DNA of 64,000 nucleotides, taken from contig CP145421.1 in assembly GCA_036867785.1 (NCBI GenBank), positions 62,001 through 126,000 on the forward strand, written 5' to 3'. The stretch is from Plasmodiophora brassicae (taxonomy: Eukaryota). Both the position numbers and the translations under genes were made by a program. Of this stretch, positions 45,101 through 55,634 are shown in pieces. Numbering within the stretch: position 1 is the first letter of the stretch; every line of letters begins with the position of its first letter. Below the pieces are notes generated by a model, which was given only the letters and a program-made list of their open reading frames with translations, made no database searches and was not told where the DNA came from.

Positions 45101-45347
45101 CCTCCATACTGTACTTTCTGGCTCGGCACCTGTAAGGTTCCGCATCCGGTTTCAGCTCCGTGACAAATGGTGTAACCCTGGCTGGACCATCAGGTCCAAT
45201 GCTCATACGCCAAACGTCCCTATATCTTCTGACGAGTTTCCGAAGCGATTTCCCCATCGCTTGCGGTAGGCCATTCCTCAATGCGCGCTCGACCATCCCG
45301 TCCATCTCCCTTTCCAGGGAGTCTGTGGAATCGGTTCCGATCCTCAC
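42156..45347 (-). CDS. Pol (RT, RNase H, IN, chromodomain) of element C
   Basis: WIDD, FSDAN, HAGGNSGH..CNAC, SDMASCF, NGSIE and LIGWKGFSEAEDSWEP. Confidence 0.93.
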   Translation of the reverse strand: MRIGTDSTDSLEREMDGMVERALRNGLPQAMGKSLRKLVRRYRDVWRMSIGPDGPARVTPFVTELKPDAEPYRCRARKYSMEDSAFMEEFVAQLKKYGLVVENYNAKWASPVVVVTKPGGGKRFCVDLRAVNAKCVAVAWPMPHQEAILRNLAGSRFWFKLDAFKGFWMMPLDEACQEIFSFMTDKGVYKPTRSMQGGMNSAPQYQGRMFEVFGELMFHKLIIWIDDLMGHAQREDDWFRTLERTLMLAERHSIKFNVEKCELFTTEVRFCGRIFTPEGVRHDPARIEALMAIPQPRTARDLQQFLMATQWMSRSIPEYNRKVHLLQRIYEDAMKDQPGRTKAIARRVRLCKYGWSPEHALAFEKLKMAVADTVQLAYPRKDRIQCLFSDANEVNSAAVVTQIPPEDLGKPVHGQRHEPLGFVGHKFAGPERNWSTVEKEGFAIKDGIDKLDYLVTTNEQFRLFTDHRNLVRIFSPTDVSKPTAQKLQRWALDIQRVNYVIEHIAGEDNVWSDLMTRWGAPDGGPDDQHLEVRTIRRITLQIEDGYRVRPLQRKEFQWPTVDEIRKAQRKWLRGTKRPKNGDDLFVTGKGQVIIPDECNELKLQLCAIAHAGGNSGHLGLKASLRKLGEFCHWAHCDEDMRTFCNACLNCLPTRGGVRIPRPLGTAVHGVRPNQVIHLDWLYMMAAQKGGRHDLQWNLIIRDDLSGMVKITPDHTPNAETTVEALLEWRAIFGTFELMVSDMASCFLANVVKELARRCGFAHHPTVAYGHYSNGSIEVINRNYLQLVRALLSELQWDKYDWPWLNHNIEHTINHRSQARTNGNAPVTVMMGRQPDNPLKQVFKRPGDEKYGEATLSKEHIQELVMQLQTSLNEMHKGAVQQSKKIRAVHRKRSDAYRRATAPNFQIGDYVLIGLPEPGKVPGKKLFMKWRGLYQITDSHENYTYEVRNMFNETDTRTVHGDRVRLYEHGKVNATEELKRQMDYDNERFAIEVFKDCRHSPETGELELLIGWKGFSEAEDSWEPICRLAMDVPKLVKAHAARMRKEKHHLADEVKELLKAEGVQ

Positions 45348-46822
45348 ATCCTCTGTTTCCTCTTCCTCCCCTTCCCGAGAGGTGGCATCTCGTTTGCCAT
45401 ATTGTGCACTTCATCCATGACGTCATTCCCCTTCTTCGGCGTGCTCTTAATGAGTACGTCCAGGGCCTTCTTTGGGTGGATACCCAAGTCGTCCAACAGC
45501 CTCTCCCCTAGGATTATTTCCTTTTCAGGAATGTCCCATACAAGGCATCGGCGCCGGCGAGTGATCAGTTCGCCTGCCGTCGTCGTCAGTCCCAGATCCA
45601 GTATCATCACATGGTAGGCTGTGTGCTTCGTTTCTCTGTCTACCAGACAGAACGTTTCCGGCTTCTGGAGGTTCTCCATTGTTAACAATGGGTCCCGCTC
45701 CATTAGCTCGCGCGCTATGGTCAATGGCATCAGAACGTCAACCGATGTCGCTCCACTGTCCAGAACCCCAACGTAGTCTTCCTCATGTCCGTTTACACGA
45801 ACGACTACTTGGTCCCCTGTCCTCTGCGCCCCCTCCGACACTCTTCCTACCACTGGAAGCCATGGGTACTCTGACAAGTCGTCATCTTTATCAGATTTGG
45901 CCTTACGGGGTCCATCCCTTCCCGTTGGCCCCTTGCGGCGATCCTTCAGCAGGTCTGCGACCTGCTTCTTGGTAGGCTTCTTCGGGCAACGAAACGCTGG
46001 ATGTCCAACCTCGTCACAGTTGAAACATCGCAGGTCCTTCCGGTGTCGTTTCGTGTCCCGGCCTCCATCGCCTCCTTCATCCGTCTGCGCCCCTCGCTTC
46101 TTTGGGGTGGGTTTGACCTTTCCCTTCCCCTTGCCATCCTCACGTCCCGGCTCCATGTACAACATCGTCTCCTCATACGATGCAGCCCGTTCCTTCAGCA
46201 CCCGATAGAATTCCAAAGGGTCCTTCTGGAGATCGGTCTGGCGCTTCATGACGAGGGTCCGCATGAGCGCTTGTAAACCGGATGGGCGCACAGCACCCAG
46301 TAGGTACTTGACCAGGTTCTTCCGTCCCTCGCGGGACGTGAAGAGGTCCTGCCACCCGTTGCGCGCGACCAATTCCTCGTACTGCTGCACGAGGTTCACG
46401 ACCCTTGCCGCTGGTGTGGTGATGGTCAGCTTCATCGCCAGCTTCCGCATCTCCCGGTCGATGTTCGCGTCCGTCGAGCGATCCTGCTCGAGATGCCTCT
46501 TCATCCAGTCCATCAGGTCGCTCTCCGTCACCCCCTCGGCGTCCGTGCCGAGTTCCCACTTGCAGATCGCCCTGAGCAGACCGGGGTCGATCATACTCCT
46601 CACTGACCGTGGGATCTGGCCCTTGGCACTCGGATCGTCCCGGAAGTGATTCCGATACGTCTTCAGCTCGGCCATGAACGTCGTGACGGCCTTGCGGTCC
46701 ATGCTCTTCAAGGTCGGCGCCTTGTTCATCTGCAGGACGATCGTTGAGCCTTGCACGCTCTGTCCTTGTTGTCGATCATCGACGTCATCTTCCAGCAGCA
46801 TCTCCTGCGCGGTGGCCACCAT
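45344..46822 (-). CDS. Gag-protease of element C
   Basis: CFNCDEVGHPAFRC knuckle and VLDSGAT..IILG protease motifs. The probable start is MVATAQE, just downstream of the LTR. Confidence 0.88.
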   Translation of the reverse strand: MVATAQEMLLEDDVDDRQQGQSVQGSTIVLQMNKAPTLKSMDRKAVTTFMAELKTYRNHFRDDPSAKGQIPRSVRSMIDPGLLRAICKWELGTDAEGVTESDLMDWMKRHLEQDRSTDANIDREMRKLAMKLTITTPAARVVNLVQQYEELVARNGWQDLFTSREGRKNLVKYLLGAVRPSGLQALMRTLVMKRQTDLQKDPLEFYRVLKERAASYEETMLYMEPGREDGKGKGKVKPTPKKRGAQTDEGGDGGRDTKRHRKDLRCFNCDEVGHPAFRCPKKPTKKQVADLLKDRRKGPTGRDGPRKAKSDKDDDLSEYPWLPVVGRVSEGAQRTGDQVVVRVNGHEEDYVGVLDSGATSVDVLMPLTIARELMERDPLLTMENLQKPETFCLVDRETKHTAYHVMILDLGLTTTAGELITRRRRCLVWDIPEKEIILGERLLDDLGIHPKKALDVLIKSTPKKGNDVMDEVHNMANEMPPLGKGRKRKQRM

Positions 46823-47045
46823 CGCGTCCTTCTTTGAAACCTTCCCCGAAAGGATGTTCAAGAGATCTCTGTGACGTCCCAACGGTGATGGTATATCAGC
46901 CGTGTAGTATAATCGTCTGTGTCCCCGACCTGCAGCTCCCACGGACGCCGTGCGGACTCCGTGCGCACTCCGTGCATGTCCGTCATTCTTAGGGCGGCCT
47001 AGCCGGATCACAGCTATTCTTGTCTTATAGCTTGGAGCCGGCACA

Positions 47046-50000
47046 AGCGCTTCATAGCGTCGACCGCCCGTTGCAGTTGGCCCTTCAAGTAGCGGCGAAC
47101 CTTCTCAAGGAATTCGGCACGCTCATCGGCGGTTGGGTTACAGACTTGGCCATTCCTGGGTCGAGGCTCCGTCACCCTTGGATGAAACCCGTAGTTGACG
47201 AAAAACGGCGACATGCCGGTGGCCGAATGGTCGGCGTTGTTGTACGCGAACTCGGCCATAGGCAGAAGTTGCATCCAGTCGTCCTGCATGTAGCTAACAT
47301 AGCAGCGTAAGTATTGTTCGAGGATCTGGTTCACGCGTTCCGTCTGGCCGTCGGATTCCGGGTGCCGGGATGAAGAAAAGTTCCGTTGGATACCAAGACG
47401 GTCCAGTAAGTGCTTCCAGAAGGCCGACACGAACTGGGGCCCCCGGTCGGAGACGATGTCGTCCGGTAGGCCATGCAGGCGGAATATCTGCTGCAAAAAC
47501 AGGTCGGACAGCTCGACCGCTGTGAGGGTCTCCTTGCACGGAATGAAGTGGGCCATTTTCGAAAACCGGTCGACGACGACGAGGACCGAATCGTAGCCGT
47601 CGGAAACTGGAAGCTTGACAATTAGATCCATTGAGATCGATGACCACAGAGAACTCGGCAAAGGAAGAGGCAGCAGGAGCCCGGACGGTTTGTGGCGCGG
47701 AGACTTGCTTCTCTGACAAATGTCGCAGGATGAGACGTACAGTTTGACGAAGGCCCTCATGCCAGGCCACCAAAATTCACGCTGGACAAGCCCAAGCGTT
47801 TTGCTGATACCAAAGTGACCAGAGGCCCTATTATCGTGGAGTTGCCGGAGGATTTCGATCTTGCATTCGTCTCCGGAGACGACCAAGGAGCGTCCTCGCG
47901 GCTGCGCGACCCCCGTCGCGGCCGTGCCATAACACAGGAGGCCGTCTCTCAGGCAATACTTCCTACCTTGAGGTCGGTCGAGCAGACCGACAATCTTGGC
48001 GACGAACGGATCACTCGCTTGGTGTCGTCGGATACGGTCTAGGAGAGGCTCGGACGGAGCCTCCTCCGCGTGGACGGTGAACGCGTCCACCACGGGGGAC
48101 GGAACTAGGCGATGAAGCGGGAGCAGTTGTAGAGATTGTTGCAGGATGCCTTCTTCAGCCGCCGTCGGGACGTACTCCGGGCGGCGCGTCAAGGCGTCAG
48201 GTTTACCGTGCAAGCGGCCCGGTCGGTGCTGAATCATGAAGTCGAAGCCGCTAAGCAGTTGGGACCATCGGATTTGACGCGGATTAAGCTTGTGGGTCGT
48301 CATGAAGTACTTGAGGTTGCGGTGGTCGCTGTGCACCAGTGTCTGATGTTCATCCGAATCCAGGAACTGGCGCCATTTCTCGAAGGACGCAACAACGGCC
48401 AGGAGCTCTTTGTCGTAGACCGCATATCGGATCTCAGCGGGGTCCAGTTTCCTCGAAAAGAACGCCAGAGGGTGTAAGTCCCCGTCACGGCCCTGTTGTG
48501 AGAGGACCATGGCAATGGCGAAGTCGGAGGCATCCGTTTTAATCTCGCACGGCACGCTAGGATCGAAGTGGGCGAGAACCGGAGCGCGTGTGAACGCGCT
48601 CTTCAGAGTTGCGAAGGCGGTTGAAGCAGTCTCGTTCCAGATAAATTCGGTGTCCCTGCGAGTAAGGTTCGTCAAGGGAAGCGCGATCTCAGCGAAATGC
48701 GGGATGAACTTTCGGTAAACGTTGGCGAACCCAAGGAAGACTTGCAGCCCGTGGAGGTCACGCGGCGGGGCCCACGCGAGTATCGTGTCTACTCGGCTGG
48801 GATCCAACCGGAGGCCGTCCTTGGACACTAAGTAGCCGAGGAATTCGACCTCCGGTGCGTCGAACAAGCACTTAGACAGTTTGGCCGTCAGGCGCGCGGA
48901 GCGTAGACGCTCGAGCACCAAACGCACGTGCTGTTCATGTTCGTCAGCATTCTTGGAGAAAATCAAGATGTCGTCAAGGTAAACAACAACGAAACGGTCA
49001 ATGAAGTCGCTGAATGTCTCGTTCATGAAGGCTTGAAAGGATGCCGGGGCGTTGGCAAGCCCGAAGGGCATAACCAGGTACTCGAACAATCCGTACGGTG
49101 TCCGGAATGCTGTCTTCCATTCGTCACCTTCGCGAATGCGGATCTGGTTGTACGCACTTCGTAGGTCGATCTTGGAGAAGACCCTTGCTTGACCAAGTGT
49201 CGAAAGCAGCTGGTCGATGAGCGGAAGTGGGTAACGGTTCTTCACGGTGACCGAGTTCAGGCCTCGGCAATCAACGCAAAGGCGTAACGAACCATCCTTC
49301 TTCTTCGCGAAAAGGATCGGCGCGCCGGCAGATGAGCGAGACGGCCGTATGAAGTTCGACTGGAGGTTATCTTCCAAATACTTCTTGAGGGCTACCTGTT
49401 CGCGGGGAGACAAGCCGTAGAGGCGACAGAATGGAGGCTCCGTCCCCGGTTTCAGGTCGATCGAGCAGTCAGAGGCGCGGTGCGGCGGTAAGGATGTGGC
49501 GGTGGCCTCGTCGAACACGTCGGCAAAATCCTGGTATTTTTCAGGTATCTTCGTCTGCTCTGACTCGGTGTCCTCAGTCCACGTATAATGGATGAGGTAG
49601 CACTGAGCGTCGTCCATGAGTGCGTCCAGGTACGGTTCGGCGTCGACTAGATGGATGGGAACGTTGGCCGCCAGAGGTTCTTCAGTGCTTGGTGCCGGCA
49701 AGGGAACGTGGTCGATCCGCGTCCCGTCGCCTTGATTAGAATCCGTGGGCCGTACGTCGCACGACGACTGTGGAGCATCTCCGGCTAGAACGTCAGGGCC
49801 GGCGTTCGGCGGGGCGATCGGACAGGCGTCGTCAGATGACGTGTTTAGATAAGCACGAAGGTCGACGCGTGCGGGTTCGCGGCACATAGTGACGAAGGCA
49901 AGCGCCCAAGCGGCCGCCACGATGGATGAGCACATGAACAGGCTGACCACCTGGCGTGCCCTGGAACCGTCGTCCAAACGACAATCTGGTAGACGTCGAC

Positions 50001-50924
50001 CGGCTCCCCGCCTGTGTCGCTGCTCCCGCGCCGGCGACGTTAGCCAGCCTGTCTGGTCGGGGAACGATTCGAGCTCGAGGCAGTTCACAGGGGTGTTACC
50101 GGTGTCAGCCGTTTCCAGGTCGCCAGCGGCTTTGTCCTGAGTCTCAATTGCGGCTGTCGCCAAGGACTCTGCCACCCGGCGTTCATCGTTGGCCGCAGGC
50201 GGCAATGGTGTCATGATCAGGTCTTGTGCCGAAGTTGGATCTGGATGTTGTTTTGTGTTAACAGGCGCCTGGGCGATGAGCGGAGCTGCACTAGAGGCGT
50301 CCAGGGCCGGATAACGGCAGTCGTCGTGTGGCGCAGCCACGCTTGCCTCGGTTGTCTCAGCTTCTGCATGGCCAGGATCCGCCACAGTTGTCGGCGTTGA
50401 CGTTGACGGCGAGGGGGGCACTGGCGCGGCGAGACGAGCCGCCGGCGCCAATTCACATCTGGATTAGTCTGGGCTAGCCAGGGCAGACCCAGGATGACGG
50501 GATAGGTCGGCGAATTGATCAGATTCAGGACGATCTCACACGAGAACTGGGCGTCCACCGTCGTTCTCAACGGCTGCGTCTCCTGTGATATAGGTGCGAG
50601 CTGGCGGCCGTCGACAACGCGGACAGGTATCGGACGATGCGTCGGGCGGGTAGGCAGAACGTGGAGCCGCGCGAAGGACCAGTCGATAAAATTGCTAGTC
50701 GCGCCACAGTCGATCAAGGCCGTTGTCGAGATACTTTCGGACCCGGTGTATATGGGCATCGGAAGTACGAGATGCGGGACAGAGCGGGCGTGGAGAAACA
50801 TGAGATCGCTTATGTGAACAGGGTCGGGTTCGGATAACAATGCAGAGTTTACTGGGTGGCCGGCGAACCCGTTGGCGGTCACCCTTGGACATTTCCCGGT
50901 GCAACCGGCGGCCGTTTCGGACAA
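47046..50924 (-). CDS. Pol of element D (PR, long spacer, RT, RNase H, IN core), with a frameshift near 50450
   Basis: ORFs 50217-50924 and 47014-50451. SSAGAPILFAKKKDGSLRLCVD, MPFGLANAPA and YLDD. Confidence 0.9.
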
Positions 50925-53900
50925 TCCGCGATCCGGTGGCCGTCTTCTTTGCAGTAGAAGCAGAGGCCGTCCTTGCGGGCACGCTCACGGGCATCGGCGG
51001 CGACAACCTTCGGAACGGGGTAGCGCGGGCAGAGGTGTGTCGCCTTTTTGACCATCTCGTCGAAGTCGGTGATCATGTCCTCGAACAGTTTTTCCGACAA
51101 GGCAGTATGCAGCGACTTCCGGAACTTCGACGCTCGCCGGGCCGAACTCATCTTGGGTTGCATCCGCGCGCTGAAGCGCTTGATACAAATTGTTGAACAT
51201 CAACACATGCTCTTCGACAGGTTCGGTCTGGGTGAGGTTGTCGAAGCACTCCTCCAGCTGTTCGAACGTCGGCACCGGAAACCATTTTGACATCGCGTAG
51301 GACAGGTCGGCCATCGTGGTGTCGTCCGGCAGCCCGAAATAGACTTCCAACGCCGGGCCTTCCAGCGATCTAAGAAGGGCGCTGTGCGCCGCCGGCGGGA
51401 GGCGGGTCGTCGATAACGGGAGCTGCACGTCCTTGACAGACACTTCAGAAAGTCGCGTGAGTTGGTGGAACTGTCACGAATACGCCCGGTAAATCGGGGC
51501 AAGTGGATCAGGTGGTCGACGATGTGTCGGGATGTCGGCGACGGCTCGCTCGGCGGCATCTTGTCGGGCAGCGAGCGATTTATCGCTGTCCCAACGGCAT
51601 CTTCGACCCGGTCGGCCACTACGGACTGCATAGCTTTCAGCTGGTGCAGCATGTCGCTGACAGTGAGCGTGAGGTCCCGCACTTGCTCTGCCAGTGCGGC
51701 GATCTGGTCCTCGCTCGTTGTCATCGCGAACACGCCGGTAGCCAGACAGGAAACGGGACGGAAGGAACGGAGCGGGCGGAACGGAGCGGGCGGAACGGAG
51801 CGGGCGGGACGGCGGTGACCGTTGGTTAGTCCGTCAAAATGTCACGATCAGGCAAGCTGATGCAACGAACGCTTTGACGGACTGGCGAAGTCCGTCGCGG
51901 GGTTCGGGATTTATTCAGTCATCACAAAAGTGACTCCGATAACGAGCAATCTGAGCAAGAAACCGATGTTTCACGGTGGCATGGTGCTTGATGTCCTTTT
52001 TTGATGATTTTTAATAAGCGTGGCATAGGTTACCCTCGACGGGGCATAGTCATCATCTAGGAGTCCGCAAGGACAACACGTCTTACATGCAGTACCAACG
52101 CTCGTGTCCAACGCCTGAACTCCCACCTGCCCTACAGGCGTACCTGCCCACGACCTGGCACCGGGCACGTGAAAACCAATAAAGAAAAGACCTCGTGGAA
52201 AAGACGAAAGAGCTGTTTCATGGGTACGGTGCAGTGTCTTCACGCCAATCACTGGAAAAATAGAAGTGCCGAATTAGTGCCCAGAGCTTCCCCAAGTGCC
52301 GATGAAAGTGCCGATTCCAGGAGCTATCAATAGGGAAGTGCCGATTAGGAGCAGGTGCGACATCTCGAGTGCCGGAAGAGTGCCACCAATCCTTTGCGCC
52401 AAAAAAATGTGACGTCAGGTTGTCGGACTTCGCAGTTTTTGCGACCTGTCGGCGACAACGGATCGGCGATTCGATCAGTGGACAATCACGTTGTGTGTGT
52501 GCGACGCGACGATATCAGTACCTTAGTGCACCTCGCTCCGACGACGTCGTCTGGGGCTTGCTCTCGTACGTACGGTTGGATATTATGGGGGATGCTAACC
52601 CTATCATTGGTGCATTTCCTCGAGAAGGCTTTTTGGCTGCCGATGCGAGGAACGACCCTATTCTGAACCCGCGCCGTGGTGACGTCATCCCTGACGAAAT
52701 GGGCCGTCCGGGTAGACCAACGATGGCTGTATTCTGGCCTCCTAATGGACTGCCATCAGTCGATTTTGACTTCACTGCCGGCTTATCAGAAGACGTTGCA
52801 GGGATGTCTGCCGACCGCATCCGGTCGGCGGAATTCCAGCAGAAGTACCGCAACGAGATCGTCCTATCAGAATTTCTCAAGGACGAGATTCCGAAGCGCT
52901 TGGTTCCGTTGCAGGTGGATCCGTCCTCTATACGTGCGCTGGAATACTTGGACGAGTTTGCCCGCGGTCATCATACGCAGGCGTCCCTGCGTCGTTCGTT
53001 GGAAAGACTAAGGAAGGATGACATAAGACGCCAGGCCGAGTATACACAATTCGTAAGCACCTTGTCTGACAAATGTTATCTGTCTCTAATTCTGACAGTT
53101 TAAGGAATACGCTGCCAGCAAGGGCTGTCCTGTGGACGACCTTGAAGAATGTCTGAACGCCGATCCTGCTCTTTCGCTTCAACATTCTGGCGAGATCACC
53201 ACCATTGCCCAGCTACGTTCCTATCTGTCTGAGCTGGGCGTTTCTATACCATTCCTCGAGTATCGCGTATGCGGCTACGGTCACTTGTGGCCAGCCTGCG
53301 ATTCCCCACCGGACCGGGAGTGCTGCTTACAGGAGTCCGAACGGTTCTTTTATTTCTCCCGCATCCTGTTTCTCCAATCGCTGTTCCGGTCGGCGCACGT
53401 GTCTGGCATCATACGATCGGAAACCGAACGCCATCGAAATATTCTTTTGGGCGTTTCTTCGTCCGACAGTCTTCGCGACTGGACAGACGGCCAGTATTTC
53501 AGGGATACGTATGGCCCTTTCTTTCTGGAAGCGCTACGTTTCAACGAATACCCTCTCGCGGTGACATCTGGAATTGACGGGGCCGACGTCTTGCGGTGGG
53601 GATCGGAGTCGGTTACGCCGATCATCCAGATACTCTTGAATCTGCCCTCTGAGGTCAGGTGTAATCTCGGCCTTATTCATGCAGTCGGTTTGATACCGCA
53701 CATCGCGCGAGGTCATCGTGAAGCGTTTCTACGCCTGGACGCGTTCAAATTGAACTTGATGTTCCAACTCGGGTTCCCTGTGTTCGATCCGACAACTGGG
53801 ACTGCAACTGCAATGGCTGTTCTATCGTGCGCTGTACGTACTCCCTTCTACATCTGCTCATGTTGCTTCTGGTTTGATGTAGATTTTATTGTGGCAGACG

Positions 53901-55634
53901 TTAGACTACAAGGAGTTCAGCTTGACCACTCGTTGCTCCCAAGGCGGAAAGCAGGACGCCTGCAACAAATGCCACGTCCAAGGCTATCATTTCCCGGCGA
54001 GCCATGCGACCGTGTTTCCAGGTCTTTGGAGATGGTCTTCTGAAGATATTCTAGAGGCTGTAAGATATGGTGCCATTAACGAATTACTCGACCGCCTAAA
54101 GCTATGTACTCAGATGAGCAGATCGTTTTTCACGTCGATGACCGAAATAGGACGAAGCAAGTTCCCGGAAAGTCCAGAGTACCGCGATCACGATCGAACT
54201 AAACGGCAGAAATGCCAGTTTCTCAAGGATGCTCAACCGAAACTGGATGTCGAGACGCATCTACGAATGACATCTGGTGATACCGGTGGGCATCGAGTAC
54301 CTGGCCATGATATTTATTCTGTCGGGTTATTAAGCGGGTTCGGCCATGCTTCGCAGTACGTGCATGATCCTATGCATGCATTCTGTATGCGTGTTATCCC
54401 GCGTCTGCTCAAGTGCCTCGATTGGCATGGGAATGGAAAAGTTCTGCATTCTGAAGAGGTTTGGTCGCAGATTGCCTTACATCACCGTCAATCTCATGTG
54501 TGTATTAGATCGATCGTGCGTTTGGTCGCGTTGTCCCCGACATTCCCGTGTTGACGATCCCCAACAATGTCCGTTTTCCAGCGACGAATTTCGCTTCGTC
54601 TGCTGCAAGGCAGATTGATAGTGTGATGCAGTCGTTGGAGTGGCCAACCGGAGATTGCGACCGTGTGGAGAACCCGTACAAGCCCTCGATGAAATCTCAC
54701 GATTGGCTAACTTGGTCAAGTAATGTCGGAATTGCCATCGTTGCGGGTCTGGTTGGCAATACCCTGTTCAACAATTCCGATTCAGCCGTAGCCTGGGGAA
54801 CTGTTTTCACGTTTATGCACTCATCGATGATGATTCTGTCGAAGTCCTTCGACCGTTCGTCGTTTGACACTGTGGCGCAAACTTTCCTCGACGCTTGTGC
54901 CCGGCTGGAAACGGTGATTCCCGGCAAGCTGTTGACCATATCGGTAAGTGCCCGTTGAGTATCGTATATGTATACTCATTGCCACACTGTTGCTGTTCAG
55001 ATGCATTCGCTGATCCACCTTCCGGAAGTCATTCGCCAATGGGGCCCTATTTCTGGGTTCGCTTGGACGTATCCAATGGAACGGTGGATCAAGAGGATGA
55101 AGTCGATCCTGACATCTACGCAAGGGTTGACCATGAACATCGCCGGCAACCTTCAGCTGATCTCCGCAGCAGCGTTAAGTTAAGTTAAGTTAAGTTTATT
55201 TGTGTTTCGCGCTTTTAACGCAGGCGCCTCGTTCTCGGATCCGAGGACCGTAGGGAGGCTCGCAGAACGCTCACTTTCCCCGACCTGGCAGAGCCGGTCT
55301 GTCACCTCTGTTCTGGGGTCTTGCAGGGTGGCGGCTCTGGGGCGAGTCTAAGGGCTCATCGAGTCCTCCAAGGTTCGTAGGTGATTGGTCTTCCTCACTT
55401 CGGTTGACCGGCCTACACTACTGACGACATCCACCCCCCTGTGGGAGGTGGTCACCTTTTTACAGGCGCCCCTTCACCTTCCACCTGCTCAATTGACCCC
55501 CTATGGTCAGTCCTAAACGACACTTAATTACTGGGCTGTCGGGCACCCACAGGACAAAGGCGGCGTTGCCTTGGTGGTGCAGCGCTTCTGCACCTTATAC
55601 GTTGTTCTTCGGCCTTCGGCCTGTTGCTTTGGCA

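Larger units (their letters stand above)
41782..47045 (-). mobile_element. Full-length Ty3/Gypsy element C; identical 176-bp LTRs (41782-41957, 46870-47045); 4-bp TSD AGCG
   Basis: TG..CA LTRs. AGCG at 41778-41781 and 47046-47049. PPT GAAGGAGGGGAA. Host D integrase reads through ([11 protein letters not shown]) once C is removed. Confidence 0.96.
41161..51926 (-). mobile_element. Ty3/Gypsy (Tf1/sushi-like chromovirus) element D with identical 87-bp LTRs (41161-41247, 51840-51926), interrupted by element C; several frameshifts
   Basis: Gag fragments span 51733-50879 (CFYCKEDGHRIADC). PR has ALIDCGAT and RT has YLDD; RNase H TDAS; IN SDRGPQF/DGQTER. GPF and the chromodomain ([12 protein letters not shown]) lie in 41261-41740. 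PPT AGAAGAGGA. Confidence 0.92.

Noticed and set aside
46823-47044. Identical peptides [12 protein letters not shown].. at the start of two ORFs (also 41782-41957)
   Set aside because: These are translations of the two LTR copies of element C, not a duplicated gene.
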